A stretch of 64,000 nt of DNA from Calcarisporiella thermophila CBS 279.70 (GCF_041956535.1 NW_027192195.1:35731-99730); one strand, 5' to 3'; counted from the stretch's first letter, positions 23,782 to 37,410 are shown. Numbers and translations: made by a program. Notes: generated from the sequence alone by a model not told the origin.

Positions 23782-26700
23782 ATGAGCTCCCGCATTCTAG
23801 AAGCCCGGATGCTATCCGAATCTCCAATCAACAACCCCACGCCTCCATTTCAGCACTATCCCTCTCAGCAATCCACAACTAAACGGCGCCACCGACCTCG
23901 CTCGCGCTCCCTCCCACCAAACCGCGCTGGTTATGTTGGAAAGGTGTCGTTCGATCTCCTCGATTCCTCTTTACCTCTTCTCTCCTTCACACTTCAGGCC
24001 AAGTCAAACGATTACAGGCGCACAAGATGGAGTCGAACTTTTCTAGTGACAACAGACGCACACTCTTACACCGACTACGATTACGCCTTAGGCTGGGTCC
24101 TAGAGAGGCTGGTGGACGATGGAGATGAAATCGTGGCATTACGGGTCGTATCCGTAGAATTACGCGAACTAAGTAATGACCATTTTTTGGGAACCTGACA
24201 AATTCGCTTGAAATCTAATACGCCGCATTTTTTATTTATCAGTGCTGAAGAATGATGCCGGGCTAACTCCATCGACGGGCATATTCGGCACGACTCTCAC
24301 TCCTGAGGGACTTAAGGCTCAGGTCGAGCAATCCCGCGAAGAGGCCCAGACAGTCATGGATAACATTATGGTGAAAAACAAGGAGAAGAAGGTAATGTAA
24401 CGCAATTCTGGATCTGACTAGTGTCGATGTTCCTGTGCCTGTTATTCATCAGCCTCATCTATTTGTGTTTCACTTTCCAGATAAGTATCGTTGTTGAATA
24501 TGTGGTTGGCAAGGTTCCAGACACCATTCAGAGTATGATCACCATGTATCAACCCTCGCTCCTTGTCGTAGGAACGCGGCATCGCTCGCCCATCAAAGGT
24601 CTTCTCTTAGGAGGCATATCGCGCTATTGTTTGCAACACTGCCCGATCCCGGTTGTGGTGGTGCGTCCGGAAAAGAAAAAGAAGAAGAAAAATCGTAAGC
24701 ATTCTTCGGGGACTCCAGGGCTCGCAAAACGCTTATCTGCGCTTTTACATCGATGGGCAACTCCTCCTACGCGTTATCCGAGCTCGATGGGAGACTCTCC
24801 CTACGATGCTGAGTCCGAGCCAGAATCAGAGGCAGATACACGATCTGAGATCTCTTCACGACCAAGTGAGACAGAGAGCATCATATTCGACGAGGTGTCT
24901 CTAGCATCTGAATCTACCAGTGATGCCCGCCGGTCTACCAATTCATCCGCATCCACTTCCTCATCCACCTCAACACCACCAAAGAAGCCGTGGCGCATTA
25001 CTACCTTGGTTGGATTCCGGCATCGCTCAGGTAACGAGTCAGAGCCAGAGAATGGCGGAGAACTAAGTGGCGGAGCGGGTGCTAGGGAGGCGATCTGGCC
25101 TCGACTGTGGAGATCTTCGACTCCGTTCCACTCCACCACGAGTGATTCTGATCAGGACACGCTGGATACCGATTTCGTACCAGTGGCATATCCGGAAGAC
25201 TATCCGATTGAGAATAAAGAGGTGGAAAAGGAGCAAAAAGAGTCGCAGGAGGGAAACGAGACCATAGAAGGCGAAGAGGAGAAATATGCTATTCCTGAGA
25301 AGCAGAAGGAGATGAAATTGCAACGCCTACAAGCCTTGTTTCGCTTTGGATTCCGACTACGTAAGCCTAAGCGTGCAGCTCTTGGAAATGGAAATGAGGA
25401 AAAGCAAGAGAAGAAAAGGAAGGGGGATAGAAAAATTAATTTCCAGGACGTGGAGAAGAGTGAGAATGAGGAGGGGGAGAAGGAGAAGGAGAAGCTGCAA
25501 GGAAATGGGGCGATTACTGTCATGGAGGCGGGATTGAAAGAGAACTATATGGACGAGAGTAGGGAGTCGCACATAGATGGACTCACAGAAAACAGTAGCC
25601 AAGAAGAGCCTGTTGGCGACGATGAGGAGGCAAGAACCTTGGAGGAAGTGGGAACGGAACACGTTGGGATGGAAGAGACCGGCGGCGTCAATGCAAAGTT
25701 AGACGAAGATGAGGGCCTGAAGCCTAGTGATGATGAATCCGTAGCGTCAGATGATACAATCAAAGACCACAATCACCGCTCCATCTCTGAATCATACTAT
25801 TCATCTGAGCACCCTCATCTCCCTACGGCCACGACTGATAACGACCCAAATCCTTGCGATGACTCCACGGCTAATTCCACCTCCAGCGTCGATACTGCCT
25901 CCACCATCGCGGACGAATCCTATCCGCAATCGCTTGCTAGGGTATTTAAGCGTCGTCACTCGGATCGTCTTCGCATGATAATGAAAATAGGAACTGCCGG
26001 TGACCGTGCAACTTTGCGTTCTCAGAATTCAACCGTCGAAACAAACGAAAGCCCTCCCATGCCACCTCAACCGCTTACAATCAAATGCGGATCTCACGAT
26101 AGCGGGTATGCACAGGACATTGAGTATTTACAAAATAACTGCGAGTCTCTTGGAAGAGACTGGAGCGATGGGTACGAGAGTCAATCATCGGTTGCGTCTG
26201 ACGCCACTGTCACCGAAAAGCGGCGGGGAGATGCATCGGGTTTGATGAACTTGGCTCTGCAACGCCAGCAACTCCTTGCCCAGCAACAGCGGCTTTTGCT
26301 GCAACAACAACAAGAGCAGTGGCAGCAAGCGGCGGTCACTGATGCTCCTCCGCCCCCCTCTAGCTCTGAACTTTCCACCCCTTCACTCTCCGCAACCCCA
26401 TCCTCTAACTCCAAACTATCCGACCTCCAACTCGAAAATGAAAGCTGGGATCGCGCATCCATCGCCTCTGAATCAGCTATTCGTGGACGTCGCTGGCGCA
26501 GGCAGGTTCGCTTGAAACATGAAATGGAACTAGGTGCGACTAGAGCATTGGGTGGTCTGATTCAAAGTTTAAGAAAGCCGGTTTCTTTATCGGACTCCAA
26601 GAACAAGGAGACGGCTGCCGGTGGAGATAGGGTGCACAAAAGACAGAATGGAAGGGCAGAAGAGGTTGGGTATGAAAATGTCATTGGCAGCGGAATGAGC

Positions 26701-27009
26701 GCTCGGTCAGTTTCTCTGCAGACAAAAACGTATGGTATTTCTGCCACATCCACCACCACATCAACCATCTGGAGTGGAGTTCTGGCTTATGGACGTCAAT
26801 TACGTGAATGGACTCTCGACACACGAGGCAAGAGCAAAAAAATGACGGTATTTGAGGACGACAGGGCCTCAGTTCGCTCCGATCCTACTGGGAAAAGACG
26901 AGCCAACGTGTGGCGCCGCTTGATGGACAAACGCGGGGAAGACCGGCTACCACGCGGATATGAGGAATTGGATTACTGGAAACCCTTGCCTCCAATTCCG
27001 ATTTCGTAG
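23782..27009 (+). CDS. Universal stress protein (USP) domain protein with a long disordered C-terminus (3 exons)
   Basis: KVSFD...TLQAKS.DYRRTRWSRTFLV...YALGWVLERLVDDGDEIVALRV; IVVEYVVGKV...PSLLVVGTR...LLGGISRYCLQHCPIPVVVVRP. Confidence 0.85.
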
Positions 27010-27862
27010 TACTTTTTTTGGATTATACTATATATACATGACACAGGATTTCTTTGGGACTATCTTATTTGCTTAGGGTATTCAAAAGCTATCGTACTGC
27101 TTTGCCTTTGGAAAATTTGAACTTTGATACCATTCATGATTATCTTCATTGCCATCACCCTACATATCTCAGCACATCCATTGATTAACATACGTTTTAT
27201 AATTTCTGTGTATATTTTAAACCCATTCTTAGTTTAGCCTTTTTTTTTCTTCTTGGACTTTTGTATTGTGAAATGTATGTATTGGAAACTTTCTGCGCTT
27301 TCTTCCTCTCCTCCTTCTTGCTTATTAGTTGTACTTGGAGAAATAATTAAAGCCTCATCCTCTCCATAGCAATCTCTCTACCCTTGGTTTTTCCTTGACA
27401 TCCCGATCTTGAATTCCTGGATTGGCCTGCTCAAACCGTTAGCCTCTCCTAACACTTTAAAAGGCAATCGTCCCACATTGAGGCTCAGACCTGACTTAAA
27501 TCCAGCAAATCGCCGTCAATAGTAATTATAGAAGAACCCGCCACACTATTTGTACAAACTAGCAGACCCAAGTCTTGGGCACCTTGTCTCGAATCCGGCT
27601 CACTGATTGTTCGCTTGCTTCCTCACTAGATCAGCGTAGGATTCGCACAAGTCGTGGCATCTACACATTAATGACCTCTGTTTCTAATGCTTAATGAGGA
27701 GCTGTAACGTGTTGTTTGCGGTTTAAAGGGTAATACAACCTGACCCTAACTTTTCAAACCGCCTCTCTGCGATCATCCTGGTGCTAATGCTAATCATGCG
27801 TCTTTCTAAATTCTAGACATCTCATTAGAACCAGTTTATTGTTTACCCATATATTTACAATA

Positions 27863-30315
27863 ATGCAACCTAAATTCCTACTGCGTTTCCTCTACGCATC
27901 CTTTCTTACTTTAATATTACTCGCCTCTCCTTCCACACCAGCTACAACCCCGTGCCTAATCTTCTTTAATAAATCGTTACACACCCTCGTCGGTCCTAGT
28001 GGCACCCTCAATCAGTTCCCCCTTTCCAATGGTGGAGACTTCCTTTCCTCCGTCGGCCCGAGGACTCCAATATCGATTGCTAACACGGCATGTGCACTTC
28101 TCTCCACTAACGTCACAATATGGCTTCCGTCCGATTTGAAAGGTCATATCTTCAGCGCAGAAGGAATATCCAATCCTTCTGCTCCCACCATTTCCAATAA
28201 GCCTACCGTTAGCACGCTCGTTTTACCCTCTTCTACTCTCCCGACTAGTCTTGTCCCTATAAGCTCACTGTTAACAGTAGCGCAACCTAGTAGCCTTTCA
28301 ACCCCTATTTCCATAGCGAATAGTAACAACAACAAGGATAGCCAAGCACCTCAACCAACAAAGGGTGTATTGGTGAGTGGCGAAACTGGACTTCCGGCGC
28401 GCGTTAAACGTATGTATAAAATATTGAGCTCTGCTCTGCCCCCATTTGAAAACTCAGTGCTGATAATGTAGGATTGGTGCCCGAGGATACTATCACCCTT
28501 AACACTGTTGATCTCAACCAACCAGAGCCCAAACTGTTCCCAATATCTGTGCGTCTCGATAATAGCGCTAAAGGATTGTTAAGCGAGCCACATCCACTCC
28601 CAGTTGCGGCTGTAGACAACACTCTCTTCGCCGTCAGTTCTCAGCACATCTATTCACTGGATGCAATGAGAAATCCGTTAATATTTAATGTTATGAACAT
28701 CACGGGAGAAAAAGCAGAAGTGGCCGCCGTTACAGGCACGAGCAATGGCCTATTCATCTTGCAAAAAGGCAGTGGGAATATTGGTTTCCAGCTACGACAT
28801 CTAATTCCAGGTCAAGAGCCAGTGCTGCTAAATGTGAACGGCGGCATCGCAAATACCAGCGGGAATATGCAGATGACAGGAGACGCCCAGACTCTCTACA
28901 TATTTTCCGAGAATGACAAGAGATTAACTCGAATAATTGCGGATGGAAACCTGGCCATGGCAAGCCCCTTAGATCTGCCCAATGACTTAACGGCCGAACA
29001 ACTAAACAATTTGAGGCTTGCAATGTTAGGCAATCGACCTTTACTAATAGCGGGAAACCAACTAAGGTATTACTCGCCAAGCGGTGTATGGGATGCAAGC
29101 GGTAGTCTCGTACCTGCTTCCACCCAACCCAACGCTGCCAAGACTGGCAGCCAACTGAGTCTAGGGGCAATCATTGGCATTACTGCAGGAAGTGTGGTCA
29201 TTTTATCCATGGCCACTGCTGCGCTTATTCTTCATCTAAGACGCAAGCGCACTCGTCTTCATTCACATCGGCTGGAGGAGAAAGCCTCGAGAGAAGCCGT
29301 CAATAGAGATTCGAGGTCACTCAAGGCGAGTGATGCCTTTGGTTCGCAGAAGATTGAAATGGAGACACTTCCCATCGGAGACTCCTTAAGTAAAACGAAT
29401 TCTACGTCGAATTTGGTGGATCCTGCAATCGGTATCCCATACCCGCTGGCAGATCAAACTGTGAGCTCTATGCAGGAGATGTTCACAAAACATGTGAGGG
29501 TGGGTCCGGTGCCAGAGCAGGTGCACCCAGATGCTCGGCAAAACACAGTCTTACTAAAACGATACCGCCTTGTGGATGATCCAGCGGCAAGCGCCAACAA
29601 AGTGCGTCAGGTGGAGGATACGATCACCAGCGAAGAATTTACCCTAGAATTCTTCTCCTGCTACAATGAGTTTGCGCGCCATGTAGCCATGCTCGACTAC
29701 CTTCGCGCTCCACACATCGTCAGTTTGCAAGCCGCCTACGACGCAGTCGGCACTTTTATCGCGGTTCACGAGCGTACGGGACAGGCTCTTTCGGAGCTTC
29801 TCTATGCGAACGAACCAATGGGTCTGAATCCATTCCTCAAGGGCTTTGTTAGTCGTTCGCTCATTCAAGCAATGCGTTGGGTCTGTACCAAACAGGTCGT
29901 CTATCTGACCCTCACCCCAAGCTGCCTCTCTAGCGAGCCGCATGACGAGACGGTTTGGAAACTGTGCGGGTTCGAGCAAGCCATGATCGCCAATGAACTT
30001 ATCGATGCGAGTGAGCACCTTTTGACCCCCTATTCAGCGCCTGAGCTGCTATTTGCCTCCAAAGGCGAATTAATTCAGGCCTCCTCCACCATGGATTCCT
30101 GGTCGCTAGGGTGTGTGCTCTATGAGATCTGGCTCAACCGCCCGCTATTTAAGAACATCGAGGAGGCCCGATCGGCCCTGCAACAGAGAGACTGGTTCCC
30201 TCCAGGGCTAGAATACCTAAGGGAAGAGGGGGAGGAGGGGGCGAGCATGATGAGGAACATACAATTACTCTTGAAAATCGATCCTAGAATTCGACCGAAT
30301 CCACAGGATCTCTAA
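27863..30315 (+). CDS. Single-pass receptor-like protein with a cytoplasmic pseudokinase domain (~796 aa, 2 exons)
   Basis: Signal peptide; intron 28410-28471; ectodomain; TM LGAIIGITAGSVVILSMATAALILHL followed by RRKR; kinase-fold motifs PHIVSL, WKL, YSAPELL, DSWSLGCVLYEI, LLKIDPRIRP. Confidence 0.8.
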
Positions 30316-30902
30316 ATTCTCAGCATTCTAAACATGGTTGTAATTTTTTTCCCAGACCCACCGTATATTTGGTTAAACTGCAGGCTCTCGCCTCTCTGTC
30401 ACCGAGTCCTATCCTACTTCTTCCGCCATCTCATTTTCCTCTCTTACGCCTTTGTTGACTGATCCCTGGATTCGCCTTGATGTTATTCTTGGGTCCTTTT
30501 TATTATTTTTGTTACTACAGCTCGCAATTTCCTTTATTTTATTATTCAAATACATCACTTGTTTGTTTTGCGCGAATCGTCTAATGAACAGGCCAGAAAA
30601 CAAGGTCGAAAAAGCGAAAAAAAAAATAAAATACGCATCCATGTACACTTTTGGTGAAAACAAATATATACGTGGTATGTTACTGAAAAGAGGGGAAAGG
30701 GCCTCACGAAAGGATATAAAAAACCAGGCAACGACAATAATGTTTACAAAGCAGAATGATATCGAATGCCTACAAGAGTATAGAAAAAAGCACATACACA
30801 CAGTTGTATTTACAAAAGGGATATCCTAACAAACATACATGTATATGTATATGTATATATATATCAATCCTTCACTTTTCCTGCTGGTAACCCATCGTGC
30901 GT

Positions 30903-32907
30903 TCAAATCTCAGAGCTATACCGTCTTGACTTTCGTTCCCTTTTGGACTTTACCTCCATAGATTTCATCTGGTTCATCTCCATCCACTTCTCCCACATCG
31001 TCCTGTCTCGCTCTTGCTTAGGCTCGGGTCCCCTGTCTTTCATCCCCTCTCCAAGTATAGCCTCTGCTTTATCTTTTTCGAGACCCGGGACCGGTTCACC
31101 CTGATCCTCTGGATATATCGTCACCCCCCCTTTGGTTAGAGCCTCTTGTTCTCGAACAATAGTCACCTCCCTCGCCTGCGTTTTCTTCTCCTCAGATGGC
31201 TCAGAAAACTTCGCCACGTCGGCTTCTTGCTTGCTCACAGGTTGCACTGGAACTTGCTTATCTGTGGACATTTTTTCTCCGTCTGCGTGGTCCCGCTCTT
31301 TGCCCTTGCCCTTCGAACTCTGCAAGCTCTCGCTCTCCTTAATTTCTTCGCATGTCTTCTCACCCTCTCCCTCCTGCATCCCACTAAGTCCCAGACCTAT
31401 AGTAGGCAATACTCCCTGCCTCCTACTCGGTCCCTCCCCGACCTCACGGCCAAGCGAGGTCATCCCCATTCCAACCCAGCCAGCGCCCTGCTCATCCATG
31501 GCATCGGCTTCTCCCCTCCACAGCGTGTTCCAAGCACCCTGAAATTTCATACGCATGTCCGTGAATTCACTGGTCAGATCGCTCGAGCCCTCAAAGTGCC
31601 CAGTCTCCGCGTAAGCATTCGTCTCTGGAAGCGCACTCGACGCATGAATACTCCTAGAGATAGTCGGTAGAACACCACTACTTTCCCCTTCCATCTCCGC
31701 CCTCAATCGCTCCAGCCGTTCTGCTCGTTTTCCAGCTTGTATTTCCAGCTGTCTTTCAGCGAATCCACGATCCATACCTATCCTGCTTGCAAACTTCAAA
31801 TTCTCCAGGTGATCGAGCGCAAGGCAGCCTAGCATTTCGTAATTGGTCCCCTCGCCGATTCTACCGCTGCGCAGATCGTGAGCTAAGGTGAGATAGCGGC
31901 GAATGGAAAAAGGACGGCCACGGAGAATCCCACGCGTAAAAAGCATTTGGGGCTGGTAGTCCGGCTTCACCTGCTCCTCGTCCAAGACTCTGGAAAAAAA
32001 GATAAAAGAGGCGCAAAACGAAACATCAGGCTACTGCTGTTCTTCCCTTTATATAACCCCTGGCCATGGACTTACTCGGAGGCCGCAAAGCGACGCAAAA
32101 AGGCCTGAATGCCCTGGATATCTGCATATGTCATCATGCACAGCTTACGCGACTTGAATCGCGGAGGCCACTGCTTTCCAACGCGACGGAAATAGAAGTC
32201 GATTGCGTCGGCAGGCGTTTCAAAATTGACAAATGCATATCCCGAATTAGCACCGGTGTCGAAATCATGACGCACATACACTGCATTTATACGGCCACAG
32301 TGCTCTTCATTGAGAAAATCAATGAAATCCATCTATATTCTCAGGGAGCAGTCAAGGATGAGTGCGATAAAAGAAAATGGATCACTATACTAGATGGCCT
32401 ACAGTCGAGAAACGGTTCGGGACATTACGAATCATAAATGTGGTACGGGAATCGTTCAACACGGCTATGAAAAAGAGACCGCCAGTTATTAGCCTATCCC
32501 CCACTCACCCCACTTAATTTGCAGAGCAAAGAGTACCAATATCCTCCCTGCTCTTGGGCTCGAATTTGTTCCACGCAGGAACACGCCTCACTTCTGGCTG
32601 CAAAAAAGCAGGGGAACGGCTTGATCCCGAAGAAATGGTGCACGAGCTGGATAAAGAGCGACGTAGCATATGGGGTGAAGAAGGGCACCGCGGTTGGATA
32701 TTTTGTTGATTGGAAAAAGAATGTAAGCGAGATCTCATTGGAATACGTGGGGATGCCTGTTGTTGATTAGGGTTGACGCGAGACTGGCGTTTGGAGAGGA
32801 TCCGCTTTATGCTCTATTTCCGTGGCAAGCGCAGGCCAGTTGGAGCATGGAATGAGAATCAGCATTAATAAAGCGCCAATTACCTTATCCTCTTTTTGTT
32901 CCGACAT
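30903..32907 (-). CDS. Mei2-like C-terminal RRM (RRM_2) RNA-binding protein (multi-exon)
   Basis: DSRTTFMIRNVPNRF|MDFIDFL...YVRHDF...NSGYAFVNF...F.SRKLCMMTYADIQG, the Mei2 RRM3 signature; the 5' exons are less certain. Confidence 0.8.
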
Positions 32908-33374
32908 GATCACCGGTTCCAATTGACCACTTCATGCGCACACTCGCTTTAGGAGGAACAGAGGGATAATGAAGGAAGTAGGAGGGTGGAAAAAAAAAAA
33001 AATTCTCTTAGAAAATCTTCGAACCCGTTTTATCTCTACGTGACTGTCATTCAATATGTACCTTCTAATTCCATATATCCTGATAAGAACATGATAGTGA
33101 TGGGGGTGAATTGCAAGGGATGAGAGCCATTTGAGTGAGTAAATTGTTGATATGCGTACGGGAGCAATGAGGCATGGCCGTCTGCCCCATTACAGTTCAT
33201 GACAGCATTTTTGATTAGTCTAGTTTAGATCATTCATTGTAAAGATTATTATTTTTGCGCAAAAGAATTAAAAAAAAGATCGAGACAAAATCAACTGTCG
33301 AAACGAGGAGTATTAAAGCTATAATAATTTTCCAGAATCTATTGAACTAAAGGTTTTGGCAAATCGATTCTCCA

Positions 33375-33533
33375 CTAGCCCCCACAACATTTGCGGAAAC
33401 ATTCAGTCAAGAATCCAGCGATTGCGCCCAGTGGTCGAAAACAGATTGTAAAACAGCCCCCTCCGGATTGACCCTCGGGAAGGGTGAAGGGATCATCGGT
33501 CCTTCCATGTTCCGAATTGTCTATGGCCGGCAT
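33375..33533 (-). CDS. Hypothetical 52-aa peptide with a Cys-rich C-terminus
   Basis: MPAIDN...GGGCFTICFRPLGAIAGFLTECFRKCCGG*; TCCATG context and pyrimidine-rich leader. Confidence 0.45.
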   Translation of the reverse strand: MPAIDNSEHGRTDDPFTLPEGQSGGGCFTICFRPLGAIAGFLTECFRKCCGG

Positions 33534-33966
33534 GGAAATAAGGGAATGGACAAGGGAGATTAGTTGGGGTGACAGTGAAGGGGGGCGGGGAAAACGGTTC
33601 TTAAAGGCCTCTTTCTTAGGTATCGAAAATTGCACAGCTAAGAGATTGAATTTCTGATTTTGGTTTATGTTGGCAATTTACAGCGGGATCAAATTATTTC
33701 CGGGGGGGGGCCATTCTCGAGATCATACTAATGAAAAAGGGTAGGTCTTTGCTTTTTATTGCCTCGTTTCTTCCTCGTTTTTCCGATTGTGTCAATCCCG
33801 AGACCATATATCAAACTTTGTTAACATGGGATATAATGACTCTTAAATTCTCATTCTTTACGAATTGAATGCTTTCACTCTGCACCACGCAAACCCCTAT
33901 CCTTTTTCCTATAGAGCTCTTTTCCTCTCCCCTGCTTCCTTTATCCCATTCTATGTCAGCCGCGCT

Positions 33967-35892
33967 ATGTCTGCCAACGAGCACCCCGCCAGCCCCAAAA
34001 CGCTTCCAGTCCATGGAGCTCTTCACAGAGACGAACCAGGGGACCTTGAAAAAGGTGAGAGTCAACTGCACCCGCCTGTCTGGAGAAGGTCATTATGGAA
34101 AGTGCTGCAAGCTAAAAGTGACATCGATCCCCGCAGCTATTCCCACCAAAAGAAGACTGTGATACTGCTTATCATTGCATTGGCGGGAGTGATTGCACCG
34201 CTAAGCACTACCATCTACGTGAGCAAATGTTCATCAGATAACATGCAGCGCTAGTGAAGAAATCCACATGCTAACCCCACCCTTCCCTCTCTTTATTGTC
34301 TCCATTTTTCAGTATCCCTCCTTGTTAACGATCGAGAAAGAAATGGCGACTTCAAACGCTGCCGTCAATGCAACAGGTACCCGCCGATCTCCTCTTTGTT
34401 TTTTTACCATGGACAACTATAACCTGCATCTATCTCCTAGTTTCCATTTTTATATTTTGTACGGGAGCGGCACCGCTCGCTTGGGCGACCTTCAGCGAGG
34501 CATTTGGGACTCGCCGGTTAATATATCTCGTCACCTTTGCTATCTATGTGATAGCGTCCGTAGGCTGCGCGCTGGCAAACAACATATACACCCTCATCAT
34601 TCTTCGAATATTCCAAGCTCTTGGAGGTTCAGCCGTGCAAAGCCTTGGAGCCGGCACGATCGCAGATGTATGGGAAACTCATGAGCGTGGTTTTGCATTT
34701 GGGCTATTTTACATTGGACCCCTGGTTGGGCCCATTATAGGTATGGCTCCTGTGTGCCTTGCTTCCCGCTGACATCCTTGAGGCACTGACCCTATCTCTC
34801 CTTAACGGTATAGGTCCCGTGCTGGGTGGGTTCCTTGGGGAGTACATCTCCTGGCGGTCCACCTTCTACTTCTTGGCCATCTTCGGAGGGGTGGTGTGGG
34901 TCCTTATTCTCGCCGCCCTTCCTGAAACTTTTCGCTACTCCAAGCCAACCATCTCCCCCACTCCTACCACCAGCTCTGACGAAGAGGACCCTACCTCTTC
35001 GCCTAAGTCTCATCGACAGCATGGCACTCTAAACCCCTTTCGTAGCCTATTGTTGCTACGGTACCCCTTTGTTGTGCTGATCACACTGACGGTAGCGCTG
35101 TTGTATAGTTCTATTTATACCATCAACATCATGCTTCCACACCAAGCCCATGATATATACAGATTCGATGAATCCAAAACTGGACTGATTTATCTAGCCA
35201 TGGGAGGAGGTAAAATAGGCTTAGCGTAGCAGAGCGCAACTTGGCGGCATACAAGTTTTTTTTTCGCTAATCCGTCGAACCCTCTTTGCCTTTGGAAATC
35301 TATTCAGGTCTAATAGTGGGCTCTGTTCTCGGGGGCAAAATATGCGACTATTCCCTGATGCTTGCTCGCTCTCGCAAAGGCCACTCGACCCCCGAGGATA
35401 GGCTAACGTATAACGTATACATAGGAGGGCTGCTTTTCAGCCCTGCAGGCCTCCTTGTCTACGCTTGGCTAAGTGATGGGAGATATTCCATTGCCATTCC
35501 CCTGGTTGGCCTATTTTTTGTTGGCTTGGGAATTATGATGGTGGCCAATAGCACATCGACCTATCTTGTGGACGCGCTATCGAGCCAGTCCGCCTCTGCT
35601 ATGGTAAGTGTTTCGACCACCCACTCCCGACATTTTCTGGCATTTCATTGCTATCTTCTCCCTCAGTTTTTATTCATCACGGCTTCTCTCCATCCAATAG
35701 GCCGTCAACAACTTTGGACGCAACCTAATGGGAACCTTTGCCACTCTCGTGGGGCCTCTTTTAAGTAAGGCGATTGGCTACGGTTGGTTGGCAACCCTAC
35801 TGGCTGTCGCCAGCTTGGTCGCGGTCGGCTTGGCCCTTGTGATATATAAACATGGAGAGGGCTGGAGAGAGAAGGCCGGATTGAACGGCTAG
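33967..35892 (+). CDS. MFS drug:H+ antiporter (DHA1-like, multi-exon)
   Basis: DPRSYS..KK..IL, APLSTTIY|YPSL, FSEAFGTRR, LRIFQALGGSA...GAGTIADV...ERG, GPLVGPIIGPVLGG, WRSTF, LPETF, PEDRL. Confidence 0.92.
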
Positions 35893-36239
35893 CTTTCCTT
35901 TGTCCACAAGCATTGGAGATTTTCCTTTATAGCCCAGTTGTCTATTCCCCTTGCTGTATCCCCCTCCCTCCAACGGTGATTGCTTATTGTTTCTAGTCGG
36001 CTATTTATATCTATTTGTTTTGTATATTGTAGTTTATGAAATGTCTTCAATCAAGGATTCTCGCATCGCTATAAAATACAAAGCAGAGTCTGTGGATGTA
36101 GACAGAGATTAGTAGGGATAAAAATAGAAGGATTACAAAGCAATCATGGCGAAAACAGTACAAAAAAAGTACAAAAAAAAATAAATAAAGCAAGAACGCT
36201 GGTTAAATATCACCAAGGGCGCAGATAAATACGAGCATT

Positions 36240-37137
36240 TCATGAAAATCGTGAAACCAGTTTTGCTAGCAGCAAATATCCCAAAAGGGTGGCCAGCACT
36301 ACCCATCGCCTACCTATTACCCATGGCCTGCTCCCTCTATTGAGAGTTGCGATGTTTGCGGATGGTATGGGGGCCTTTCCCGTTGGCAGATTCAGCGCGG
36401 GGTTACATGTTCTCCGTGGGACGGCGGTCGTCTGTGCCAGCGAGATCGGCGGCGTGGGATCAGGGCTAATTTGCTGTGCACACATATCGGGAAAAACTTC
36501 GCGGAATTTGGCCGAGGCACGATTGAAGGCATGAGAGCGGGCAGCGTAGATGCGTTTGTCATCGTCAGAGGTGTTGATGCTTCCAGTGGTCACCTCGTTG
36601 CTCAACTAGACAAAGGAATAGGGTGTGTTTGGTCAATCGATGATGTATGTCAACGAAATCAAACAGAAAAAGAGGAGGTGCTGCTGGATTGCCATGCGAT
36701 GAAGAGGGAAAAGAGCACATACCATGAAGCTCAGGAGGCCATTTAGTATTGTTGCCACGCTCCAACTTGGATTCCAGCTGCTTGGGTGGAAATCACTCAT
36801 GGTCAGGCATAGTCGGGTGTTGACTTGGAATCGGCCATTGGGAGTAAACATCCGGATAGCAGGAGGCTTGAATGGATATTCCGGAGGAAAGGAGAGTTTG
36901 CCATGGTACTCTCCGCCCTGGTAGGGCGATTCAGGAGGGCCTGTCAATATGTAGTGCCTAGTGGAAAAGGAGGACAGCAAGACTAAGTGCCTAGGCTCAA
37001 TGATTAGGAAGCAAGGGCGGCGATTACCATTCCAGAATATTGGACTCCAGCGGCTTTGCAGTGATGTAGTCGGGGGGAGCACGCTGCAGCAGCATGTACT
37101 CTTTGGTCAGGCGCTTGTAAGCTTGTTTTGTGGCCAT
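36240..37137 (-). CDS. UBC6: ER-anchored ubiquitin-conjugating enzyme Ubc6/UBE2J2 (3 exons)
   Basis: MATKQAYKRLTKEY, NILEW|HYILTGP, TPNGRF..NTRLCLTMSDFHP..WNPSWSV, TTGSI, C-terminal TM. Confidence 0.95.
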
Positions 37138-37410
37138 GATTCAGTAAAGGAAAGGGGAGGAAGGCAGAAGAGGAGGGAGAGGGGGATTCTTAAGGGCCCT
37201 TGCGCACGAAGGCTTGAAGAAATTGAGAAAGGAGCAAGATTCGAGGGGAACAAAATTTAATGAAATTTGGCGGTTCTTGGTATGGTTGAGATATCCGCAG
37301 CTCACCAATCAAAATCCCCGGGCACATTTCAATCACGCGTAAGGGGTGGCAAAAGGAGTGAAACAGCCATCGGTCGGAATCCTGAGCCCCTCTCCAATTC
37401 CGCAGCCAAG

